Shown: positions 36,783 to 48,349 of the stretch, piece by piece
Numbering within the stretch: position 1 is the stretch's first letter
How the letters are laid out: every line of letters begins with the position of its first letter
NCBI GenBank assembly: GCA_020137815.1
Contig: CM035352.1
Span: forward strand, 6,262,001-6,326,000
Reading direction: 5' to 3'
From: Hormiphora californensis
Taxonomy: Eukaryota > Animalia > Ctenophora
Length of the DNA: 64,000 nucleotides
Program-made: the position numbers and the translations under genes
The notes under the pieces: generated by a model
The model's input: only the letters and a program-made list of their open reading frames with translations
Told to the model about the DNA's origin: nothing
The model's database searches: none

Positions 36783-37638
36783 CTCCTCCTCCTCTCTCCC
36801 TCGCGCTATGATAGTTTTAAAATTAGTGTCGACTCATAGCCGTCGCTACTGAGAAGCTTTGAAAAGGCTAATTGATGAAAGTTATTAACTGTGTTAAATT
36901 ATATTCTGTATCAAAGAACGGCTTGAGAATGAGATTTAACAGGATAATCAAAGGAGTATGCATGATTAACTTTCTTCCAATCACTTTCCGACCTGTAACG
37001 AGCTAGATGATGAAGATGATATAATTGGGAGTAGCAGAAGATCAAAGTAATGAATATCTCCCACTAGCATAGCACTAGCTCAATGCTTTGTAGGCGGCCT
37101 ACCCTTTCTATATTATGTCTCTGTCTATCTGTCTGTTTATCTGTCTGTCTGTCTGCCAATTTCGATCCGTCTCCCTCTCTCTACCCCAGGTACGAGCTAG
37201 ATGATGAAGACGATATTCCCGTGTCAGCGTTACCCCCGGTCCCAGAAGATACATCTCTCCTTGGATACATTGCATCCCTCAGCCTCTCTCCAGACTCCCA
37301 TTCCATCACTGCTGCCCACTGTGCGAGGTATAATTGGGTCTCCCACTCTTGTGTGTTATTGAACACTATAATCTGGAACCCTCTTGGCCCCTAGGTGTGC
37401 TTGGTGTTGTTGAACTCTAAAATCTGGAATTTTTCTGTTTTTGTATCCCCCTGATCTTTACCCAGACCCCGGTTACTGATCCATCCCTCTTCTTTCAGGT
37501 ATACATCACACGGTCGAGGGAAACCCTCGAAAGAGGAGGAGCTTCATTTGCACCGGTTAATCGATGACGAGGGATGTGAACTAAAAGTAGTTGCTGGTCT
37601 TGTACTCCTATCCAGGTTTCTTTCTATCTCTTTTTATA

Positions 37639-37689
<51 letters not shown>

Positions 37690-40600
37690 ATATATCTCTC
37701 TCTCTTATTCTTAATTTTCTCTCTCTCTCTCTCTTTCTCTCTCTTTCTATCCTTATGTATCTCCCTTGCTCAGGTTATCAGCTAGAAAGGATCTCGGGAA
37801 ACATCTTGTAGATGGGTTCTGGTTGAAAATGTTACAACGATGGATCCAGTTTATCGCTCTCGAAGACTGCTGTTCCGAACTCCTCAAGCCAGTCATAACT
37901 TTTGTTGAAAATGTAAGTAGCTCTGTGGATACGGGGTTGACAATTGCAATCCCGAAACTGTTTGTTTGTCCCGAAAATGTTCTATCATATGAGGAGTGGG
38001 TTAGGGTATTAGAGAGATATGATCTACTACTCTACTGAGCAGGAACCGACCTAATCAGGAAATACTAGTCCCTGATTGGCTGATAACCAGTCACGTGACC
38101 TAAATAACGAGTTCTGGTTGGTTGTTTACTTGTTTCGGTCGGTTCCTGCTACTGAGTCTACTCTCCCTTCTCAGATCACACGACACGTTTCCTCCGATGT
38201 ATGGCTGGATGACGTATACAAAAGTCAGATTGTCGAGGAGACAGTGGGCAAGTTAGCTCTGGACTCCACTAGAGCACGACACTGTACAGCTCTGTTGAGG
38301 GTGTTCAGTGAGTCAGAATGTTGTGCTAACATGTTAGCTAACACTGCACTACCGGAATGTGTCTGTTTACCACAGGTGATAAAGGGGACAGCACTGGGGT
38401 ATAATTAGGGGGGGGGGGGCACCGTGGTATAATTAGGGGGTATGGGGGGCACAAGGGCATTCTTGGGAGGGGCATTATTCTGGGTGTTGTTGGGGCATTA
38501 TATTTTGATTGTTGGGGCTGATTTTCGAAGACAGATTTGGAGGATTTGTTTTTCACAATCTCCCTCTCTTCCAGATGAGGCAAAGCTATTGGTCGGAGTC
38601 AGGCTACATTGACGAAGATATCTTTCTACAACTGGAAATCCTTCGAATATTTTCAAACATAGCCCTCTCCTCGAGTTTTGGCCGCAAAGTTATTATCTGT
38701 AACGGTGTAACAGACACTCTCTCCCGGATCCTTATGTATGGGTGTTGTGCAGTACAGCAGTACGCCTCACAGTTACATAGTGCACTGTGCATGGACACAA
38801 CAGGAATTGAACACGTGACCAGTGCGTTAACCAATCAGAGAGCAGATAAGATGCCGAGTGTCCGTGCTCTCGGAAGGTTGTTCCTAAGGAGCAGGTGTAT
38901 TAAGGTTAAAGCAGCAACAGCAGGAGCACTATCCAAACTAATCACAACACCAGACAGGACTCTCGCTACTAAGGGTCTTGGGTTGGTACACGACGTTCTT
39001 TCCGGAAAACCAGCTAAAGCTGTCCCATCGTCTCGCCCCAAAACAGCTCCTTCAGGCGTTACCCCGACCCCCAAACTTGGGCCTAATGTAGTCCGGGACG
39101 TCCTCCACCATTTTGCCTGGCTATGTACCACTCAGGGTCCATTCCGGGACAACTTCTCCTGGAGGATAATGGCCCTAGAAACTATAACGGCCCTCCTTCA
39201 CTTCCCGATCAGACCCCGGGAGGCTAGACCATTTCACCCAGAATTAGCGAGACAGTTCTTTACTCAGACCGGCGAGGCGCTCTTCGCGGACGTCCAGAAG
39301 ATGGCTGAGAAACACAAATACGTGAAGTTGCTCCAAGACAAGATCCAAACAATACATGTTAATATTATTAAGAAAACTAGGAGGATAAACAGAGTCAGTG
39401 AAATATTGGACTTTGAGTTGGAGGCTATCCGGTCTGATAACTCTGTCCTCCGGCTGCCTACTGATGAAGTGGATGAGGTTAAGACGGAGTTGCAGTTCTG
39501 TGAACAAGTGGTGAAGTTGTTGTGTGTGGTGCTCACTGGAGTCACACTGAACATGAGAAACAAACCGACTGATAGTGAAACTCTTATGTCTACCTCACGC
39601 AGGTTAGCGAGAGCTGTGCATACTGTGCTGTGCCCCTGTGCAGTGCCCCTATTAGTGAGAGGTACCTGGTAGTAGGGGGATTATTAGTCGCCCCCCTTAC
39701 GGCCTTACCACTCGGCATCATGGAGATTTTCATCCATTTCTGTTTCAAATGTTTTTAAAGTTTCTCCTACGTTTTTATACCCTAACTCCACCTTTTTCAG
39801 GCAAAACGCCCAGTACACAACAATGCAAGAATCCCTCTACAACAAATACGCGATGAGTGCTCCATCACAAAACTCATCAACCACGACTGCAACCTCCCTA
39901 CAACAACAGCCAGCTACGGATCCTGAGGCGCACCTAGGATTTGTTAAGAGGATTCTAGCATGTCGAGTTGTGGAAATGTTGGTGCCTTGGCTCTTTTGTG
40001 TTTATCCCCCAATCACGGTAAGCTATCTTACTAAATCGGTGGCCTTTGTTTAGTCCTGTACTTGCTATTGTACGATAGGGCTTCTGGGTCTATCACCATG
40101 GGATGATTCACATGACCGTATATAATGAGCTCTTTTTACTATAACCCCTCCCTCCCCCAGGAACGAGTTGTTAGGAGTATATCCTGTCTTTTCACTTTCT
40201 GTTCTATTCACTCTCTCACTGTCTACTGCACCTCCGAACCCCACGAGGACCCCTCCCAAGAAACTACAATGATTCAGCCCTCTGACGTTGCTCGCTACAC
40301 ATCAGGAACGAGTGTTACACCACGTCAAATAAGCAGCTCCAAACTTAAAACTACCATCAATCTTAATGAGTAAGTGCAGGGGAGGAGTTCATTTTTCTTG
40401 TTACCAAAAACCGTAGTTTTCAATTAGTTTTCAATCCAATTTTTCTCTTTCAGTACAAAGTCAAAGTCCCGTAAAAAGGGCCGGAAGAAGTCATCGGTGG
40501 CAACTAGTGAACCTATTGTAGAAAGGTGTTGTGACCACATTAGTCACCTTTGTTCCCGAGTCCTAACTCAGAAACTACTAATCTGCAACAACGCTGTGGT

Positions 40601-41581
40601 ATCAAAACTAACGGCCATGCTTATTAGAGACATAACACAAACAGTAACGGTACGTTTCACAATAGTGGGAGACTATCTTCTCTCCCTATTTGATTTTGGA
40701 CATATGTCATATGAATTGAGGATGGAAATATATGAGTTGAAAACATTCCAATTCACCGTTTCAGAGAGAGCAGTTGCTGTGTTTGATAGATGATAATCTC
40801 CTTGAGAGATTGACAGAGTACATTATTATTTGTAATGCAAACGAAGATAAAATATTTGTAGGTGAGTACTGTCACTACCTGTCTGGCGCCGCCGACCCCA
40901 TCTGAGCGCACTGTCAAATTGGGGTATGGGCGCCGCCATACAGGTCACTACTGAGTGAGTCCTTTTAGGAAATCGTAACAGGTTTAAAAACTTTATTTAT
41001 CAGTCCCCCTACAATAATATTAACACCCCCCTTCAGCATTGGATATCCTTGAAGCGTTGATCGATTTTCAACCATCGCTCGGTAAACTATATCACATAGT
41101 GGGCGGCCTGAATCGACTAGTTGCTCGACTTCTCTCTGCTGGATCGGCCGTGCTACGGGAAAAACTCATTGCTATTATAAACCGACTTCCTAATGACGGT
41201 AAGGAACCAGACGGCCCCAATCAGACACCTCTCTTGTTGAGCTAGTCAGGGGACAGTGGATACATACCATCCCCCTTTTGTGCTAAACGACGTCCGTTAT
41301 GATATTTAGCTCACACTCATGTTCGCTACCATTTACCACCCCTCACACCAACTTTTGATTCATTACTTACTACACCTTACCTTGCTCTACCCTAAAAAAG
41401 TAACCGAAACTCTTCTGTTTCAGAGAGGTGGTGTAAAGTTAACAAGGCTGACTGTGTTGTTGACTGCAGGCATCTCGACGTATGGCACAAAGTTACTGAA
41501 AAATGGGGTTGTCAGGACTCTGTTAGTCGGCTCATGTCGAGTGATGGCAAAGACACTTTACCCACTTTTGTTAAACAGTGA
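35334..41581 (+). CDS. Large uncharacterised alpha-helical (ARM/HEAT-like) protein, 5' end unresolved
   Basis: Exons near 35334, 37190, 37499, 37774, 38175, 38575-39661, 39801, 40454, 40765, 41037 and 41424-41581; ARM-like segments LQLEILRIFSNIA, VKAATAGALSKL and VGGLNRLVARL. Confidence 0.65.
35472..36306. mobile_element. Non-autonomous TIR element (MULE/Merlin-like)
   Basis: G-run termini GGGG..GGACATGTTAATT / AATTAACATGTCCCCC..CCCC; 8-bp TSD TAATTGTA. Confidence 0.78.
38040..38148 (+). mobile_element. 109-bp hAT-type MITE, copy 4
   Basis: TIRs present; TSD CTACTGAG. Confidence 0.9.
40878..40944. mobile_element. 67-bp mini inverted-repeat element
   Basis: CCTGTCTGGCGCCGCC...GGCGCCGCCATACAGG flanked by the direct repeat TCACTA. 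Confidence 0.55.
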
Positions 41582-42372
41582 ACATGCGTCTGTTTGTTTT
41601 GTTCAAACCCTTTTTATTTTTCAAAACAGGGTCGAGCAATGCAATATGTTTGTTTAACGTTTGGAAATTGTTGTTTGAGGTTTTTTTTGTACAAAAACCG
41701 TCTGTTTATGATTTGGGAGGCACAACCGATGAGTAACTCTAATGTGTATGACGCTTGAACGTCAAGTGTTCTTGAATTGTTCCAGGAAGCAAAACGAGCT
41801 CTCTTTGCGGTGATATAATTTTCCCACGGTCCATTCATGACGCGCGCATAACTCAACAAGAAAGACACCGCGCCTTCCAGAAACGAGCAAATTCCACCGA
41901 AAAGTGGCGACCACCTCATTTTATCTGATTATCTCAGTTTTTACGGTCGCTGCCCCTTCGCTCTCTTTATTCAGGATAATTATCGGCTTGAGCATGCATT
42001 TCGACCGAAAAGGGCACTCACTCCCTATCATATAGTAAGTGACCGACAGTCCGCTGTATTCAGTATTAATGAGACAAGAGAAAGGCGGTCATTTTTCTTT
42101 TCTTAAACATATCATTATAACAGTCTTCTTAATTTACAGGCAACATCTTTCTTTATATCGTTTAGATTAAAACTTGGTAAACAAGAGCTAAGGGTAACAT
42201 TGGTTTAACTTTTAAACCACCTATTAAAACACACGCATCCTAAATAAAACACGGCAAAAACGCACATTAGTTCTTCTTCTGAATCACAGCACTTTTATTG
42301 ATACGACCCGCTCACAAAAACATCAGAGGACAAATTAGGGATAATTATAATTTGGATCACTTCGAGAGAGCC

Positions 42373-43128
42373 TCACGAGGCATTATCCTTGCAAATCTGA
42401 GCAAACTGGCGGTGTTGGAATAGAAGGATAATTCGGACTAGAGGCATCAACAGCGCCTGAAAAGAGTAGAGTATAATGAGTGACCACGATCGGTGTGTAC
42501 TTTTTTGTTCTAACTCTACTTTACAGAGGGAGATGGCCGAACAAAGCAAGTACATTTAGGATGAGTAGTTGTATAACTTGTGAATGCAATAAGTTGTACA
42601 GGGTGTCCCACTGTCTTTGCGTGACCTGCGATTTTGATTAATTTGCGATGAGTTTTGATTAATTTGACTGAACCCGGTCATGACCAGTAATCGCAGGTCA
42701 CGCAAAGACAGTGGGACACCCTGTATTATAACTTGTAAATGTAATATACCTGGATGATCCCGTCAATGAGACGATGTGCGGGCTCAGCACCGGAACAGAG
42801 TTGACTGAGAATCCAACCCTCAAACCCTGTACTGATGTTGTACTTTCCTGGTGAAGAAAGAGAGGGGGGGTTAGAGATTAGAGAAACTGATATATTGTAT
42901 TTAGATTTACGAAACATTGGCAGGTTTCTATTATTCTACCTTCTCTCAAATCAACACGTCTGAAGATTGAATTCTGACACAATATCCCATTTCTCTCTCA
43001 CTCACACATCCTCTTTATTATCATTACTTACCATTTTCAATGCCACAGACAATATCCTCAGCGACTCGGTCAGCAGAGAATAACCCGGATGTCTCAGAGA
43101 TCAGCATCGTTTCCTGGTGAGAGAGGGA

Positions 43129-43197
<69 letters not shown>

Positions 43198-46100
43198 GGA
43201 GAGAGAGAGAGAGAGGGGGGAGAGAGTGTGTGGGCAAAAAGGTAAAGGGAGATAATATAGAGAGGGAGAGAGAAGAGCGGGCAAGTTCCCACTTCAGCAG
43301 AGTACAAGAGTCAGACAAACAGAGAGGGAGGGAGAAAGGGAAGGAGGGTGAGAGAGGAAAGGAGAGAGGGTGTGTGTATGGAAGCGTCACAAGCAAATCA
43401 GTGTAATGAACACTCTGTATAAGGTAGGTGTCCGGAGATTTTACTACTGAAAGAAGGGGAAGCCCCCAAAGGACAATAGCTGTTTAGAAAAAGTTCATTA
43501 GAGATTGTACTTTCAATTCCCACAGTTTAGAAGGCGTATAAATCCTAGTACCACACCGTTTAGAAAGCGTATAAATCCACCCTTTCACTATATCTCTTCT
43601 TCCCAATTTATTACCTTTGGTTTCCCCACCGCCATCTCCTCTTTATATCCCGGTGTATCGGTATCAGGAGGAAAGGCCACGTGCAGATAAACGTTATGGG
43701 GCCGCAGCTCCATCTGCAATGCCTCTCCAAATCCACGGAGAGCAAACTTGCTGGCACTGTATGCAGTATACCCAAATATACCAATCTGTCCTGCCTGTGT
43801 GGGGGGTGGGAGGTTAGAGGATTCTCGACTAATGGAGGAATATTGAGAAAATGTTTGGGTGTTATGCAGCTGTGGTAAAGACAACTGTAGAACTGATCCG
43901 GGAAAAATTGTTGTACATTTGGAAGGGAGTAGTTGTCAAATATGACTTGCAATGAGAAATGCAGGGGTCAGAGGAAAGAGAGAGCGGTCAGAACATTGGC
44001 CTGACAGCGAGCGAGAGACGTTGAGCAATGACCGTGGCATTTTCTCAATTATCGCATGCCAGCTGTTTGCATTTTTGTTCTCTCTTACACCCTTCCTTTC
44101 TCTCCCTATCTAGCTCTCAGTTCTCACCTGACACGGCCCACATCATCTTTTGATGATAGTGACCACCCGCCTCCCTGGACCTACCTCCCTCCTCCGTAAA
44201 ATGTAATAAATATGTCATCACAGTCGCACTGCTATCATTTTAATAAAGAACACATCAAATAACTAAAAGATAAGTCCTGACCGAATACTCAATGCATAAT
44301 GCTTTATATGTACATTCCCCGAATGCATTCTTGTATTGCTGAGAAAAAGCAGCAAAGTCTGATTGAAATCCTGTCAGGCCAATACTCTGACCACAGTTCA
44401 TGCGCGCTCCTTATTTGAAGAAATGAGAATAGGGTCAGGCAAATGCTCTGACAGTTGAAATCCTAAAACTGGAGATCATTGTTTACCTGGGAAGAACAGA
44501 AGACAATTCTCCCCTCTTTCTGTCGCTTCATTCCGGGTACCACGGCCTGAGTGGGGATTACGGACCCCATAAAGTTGAGGGACATCATATACTCAAATTG
44601 GGCCGGAGGGATATCCTCGAAACATCCACACACCGATGTGCCTGAGGAAGGGGGTTATAATTATAGTGAGCATTGTAAATTACTAAAATATATGGGGATG
44701 TGTATTGTGTATCAGGAACCGACCGGACCAAGTAAACAACCAATCAGAACTTGTTATTTTGGTCACGTGACTGGTTATCAGCCAATCAAGGACCAGTATT
44801 TCCTGATTCGGTCGGTTCCTGATGTGTATATCAGTATCAGGGACTAGGGAGGTGGGGCTGTGTGTGTGTGACTTGCTGAAACCCCATTTCTCGTGGGCCG
44901 TATAAACAATGTGTAGGAGTTGCTCTGCCGAATGTACTGTGAGCTATAACACAATGTAGCAGGGCAACATTTAGTGATAGGCTTCTTTGCTCCTCGCATC
45001 AGAATTCAAATCAAATAAAAGAAAGGGGACTCTATGTATACGGAATTATCCCAGTCACAGGGAGCATCTGAATTACTAAAATACTATAGAGAGAAGATTC
45101 CCATTCACATACCCTCTGATCTCTCTCCAGTTCATATTGTAGAAGAGAGAGACCATTATGTCTTTATCAAATATAGTATTATATTCTCATAGTTGTAGCA
45201 GGTGTATGACATATTCTCTCAGCATAGAACCAATATAACATGTCCTTGAATAATTAACTAACTAATTAACTACAACCATGATACAGTGCTCACGTCAATA
45301 GCCTATATGAGTGTAACATTTTTAACATGTTGTTTAGTCTATATACTAAGAAAATAGGTTACAGGCTTAGGCGAAATTAGGTCCGTTCCCAGAAACCTCT
45401 CCCAGACAACCTCTCTATATAGTCTTTCCCACGTTCTGTTTCTTCGGGTCGGAGAGGCGCCTGCCGGCACCTAAATACAACGACCACGTAACTGCACGTG
45501 TACCACATCATCATGCTGTTAAAACCACGAACCTGCACAATTTACCACGTGTACCACATGTCATGCTGTTAAAACCACGAACCTGCACAATTTACCAACA
45601 CATCCACACACTTTCCGACCACCTCCTCAGCCTGAGAGATGCTCTCCTTGACAGTCTGCAACCCTGACTTGATGTCTACACTACAAATGGCAACTATCTG
45701 ATTCTCAGATACAGAGTGTTCCAACACCTGATATGAGAGAAATGAGATATATTAGAGAGATTGAATGGAGAGATAATTAACAGTCCAGGGGGTGTCATGT
45801 GGGGATGGAGAGATTGTATTAAATCTTGACATGTTATTTCTTTTCATCTACATGACATGCCCTTTTTCTACAAAGAACGACACACAATTCAACTTGGTTG
45901 AGAAATGTATCCAATACCATTACAGTATAGACTAGACTAGTTACGACTAGTTACGAAGTTTATATGAAGACTTAAATTTTGTATGTACTTACTATTTGTC
46001 TGGCGTTTTCTAGTTTCGTACTGTCTCGTGCGATAAGTGTTATATTGGCTCCCCGCTCGATTGCAGCGATTGCAACACTTAACCCAATACCACTTGATCC

Positions 46101-46352
46101 ACCTGAAACATTTTAACTAAGCAGCTGGGTCAGGGGAAACTGAAAAGAACCCTTGCCCCCTTCAGAACCGTCAGTTAAATATGTTTTGGAAGTTTAAAAC
46201 CTTGTCGAGGTATAGTTCGAACCTGTTATAGCGACGTGTTTTCCTGTAAACGTATATTTTGGTATGGAAGCCCTCCAGGAGAAAATGACGACGATGAAAA
46301 TAAGGGCAACCAGGGGCGTTAGCCAGTATCCTTCAAGGAGGGACTCTAACAT
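42373..46352 (-). CDS. KDSR: 3-ketodihydrosphingosine reductase (FVT-1), about 8 exons
   Basis: N-terminal TM segment, HVAITGGSSGIG Rossmann motif, catalytic [13 protein letters not shown], and KDSR-typical [10 protein letters not shown] and [12 protein letters not shown]. Confidence 0.92.
42599..42723. mobile_element. Tc1/mariner-type MITE
   Basis: Long TIR CAGGGTGTCCCACTGTCTTTGCGTGACCTGCGATT; TA TSD. Confidence 0.85.
44713..44821 (-). mobile_element. 109-bp hAT-type MITE, copy 5 (KDSR intron)
   Basis: Reverse orientation; TSD TTGTGTAT / ATGTGTAT. Confidence 0.88.
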
Positions 46353-47005
46353 GCTAATTGGGGGATTTAGAATAATCAAACACAGTATTCAATCGCAATT
46401 CGCAAAGTTTCAGTCTCAACAGCCATGAGCAACGGCCCACCGGCCAGTGGCCACCGCCGGGCCCACCCATTTCGCATGGCGGACATATGAATGTTTGAGC
46501 AAGACAGCACACTCAGCCCAAGAAGACATCAAAGATACTCCCACAAATGATAAAATGTTCTGTCTCGACAGTCGAAAGACAACTTTACAAAAAGCGAGGT
46601 AAAAATTCTAAAAAATGGAAGAAAAAATCCCGAGCTGAGCTCGGAAATTTTCAAAAGTTTTTTATTGATAACAATATGCGCTGCAAAAAGCGCCGCGCAG
46701 AGGTAAAGCGTGCGCGCTTATGAATTTTTGAGAAATTTTGCAGCTCAGCTCGTTTTTTGCAGCTGCGACCGCGTTCCTTGGAATGCGCTGCAGCCCCCTC
46801 ATGCGCGCACCCCCGCAACGAGGGGACTGGAGGGAATGCCGCGCGCGCGTTTGGCCTGAGCCCGGCTGGGTCGAAAATAACTTTGCGGTCGAAAAAACGG
46901 CGGTGCTTATAACTTGATACAGCTCTGAAACGACACGAGGACGAGAAAAAACGCTGCTATAACGAACGTGTCCTTGAGGTTGAACAGAGTTGTTTTTGCC
47001 CACTC

Positions 47006-47300
47006 GTGTTTTCAGTAACTGGTGCCCTGGGCAACGAGGCAGAAAAATTCTACAGGCGCCTTGCCAATCTGCTTGCTGACAAAACACACCAAGCTTACTC
47101 TGACACCATCCGTTACATTAGGCAGCGGTTGTCTTTCACCCTGCTCAGAACAACTGTCATTAGCTTGAGAGGGCATAGAGGCAATAAGTTCACTAAAACG
47201 AGGCAGTATAAGAGCGAACTCAATGACATTAACTTATTATATAACACTTTTAATTCTACCAAATTTAATCAATTTTAATCAATGCAGTAATTTATTAATC
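47006..47300 (+). mobile_element. 3' fragment of a CRE-clade (RLE) non-LTR retrotransposon
   Basis: FSVTGALGNEAEKFYRRLANLLADK...YS..IRYIRQRLSFTLLRTTVISLRGHR resembles the C-terminus following the restriction-like endonuclease. Confidence 0.75.
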
Positions 47301-48349
47301 TTCTCCCCCATGGGAGACCGGTATTTTTATATTGATATTGTTATCTAATCCCATTTTAACCCCCTTTTAGAAAAAAAAGTGCTTATAACTTTGGCCCCCG
47401 AAGTCCGTTTTGCTTGATTCTTTCACTAGCTGTTAGATCTGACAATTATCTACCTTGCTGTTTTTGAGAGAAGTTAATTGGACTTGAGGAGGCTGAGCAA
47501 TAGCCGTTCAAAGATTGGTTGTTTTCAAAAAGTGACGTCACAGGTCCCTGCAGGGACACTTTGTTTCAAATTTGAATTAAAATCTCGAATTTTTTTTTTT
47601 ACCGCACTCGATTTTGCGGAGTTTGGTTCATATCTCCTGTTCCTGATAAGATAGAGACCTGAAACCGGTTGCATTTGAAAGCTGTTATCTTGTTCTTTCC
47701 AACGCTACCAAAACGATTTCTGTACCTTGTCTGGAACCGGAGATATGATTGATTATGTATTCCCCCCTAGCGCGGTATTCCCTCCAGGCCCCTTATATTA
47801 TATTATAAGGGGCCTGCAACGTATGCCAACCGCGTTCCACTCTCGTTTCTTGCGGCCAGCGTTAAAATCTGGGTGTTTCGTGAGTGCTGACAAACGGTTT
47901 TTTAGGGTTAGGGCAAAAGTAGGGTTAGGGTTAGGGCTGGGGTTTGGGTTGAGGTTAGGCCTTGACATTTCCTACCAGATAAACTTTGAATTAGCCAAAA
48001 CGGTTGAGTGGTTCGGCGGTTAGAGCCGTTTTAGTGAATCAACTTTTTTGGCAGCGCGCACCTGTAAACAGGCCACCAAACACCCAGATCGTAACGGCGC
48101 CCGTTTCTTGCCGGTAACGGCGACTTTCTCTCCTTTTTTCGCGGTGTGTAGCCCAGGCCAGGACGACAAATCCATTGGTAGCTGTGACTTATTCATACAA
48201 TGTTGAATGTACATTCATCCTTCTTACATTCTCTGATTCGTCGGATTTTTTTAAACTGTCGAGCCCCGATTTCGGGTTCAGCTCCACTCCCTGATAAGAT
48301 AAAGACTCAACCTGTATTTTAGGAGATGCGTTGACAGGAGACAGATGTA

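Noticed and set aside
46400-48340. Spliced-leader RNA or other ncRNA gene
   Set aside because: No leader-plus-donor-plus-Sm-site arrangement or tRNA/snRNA fold was recognisable by eye.
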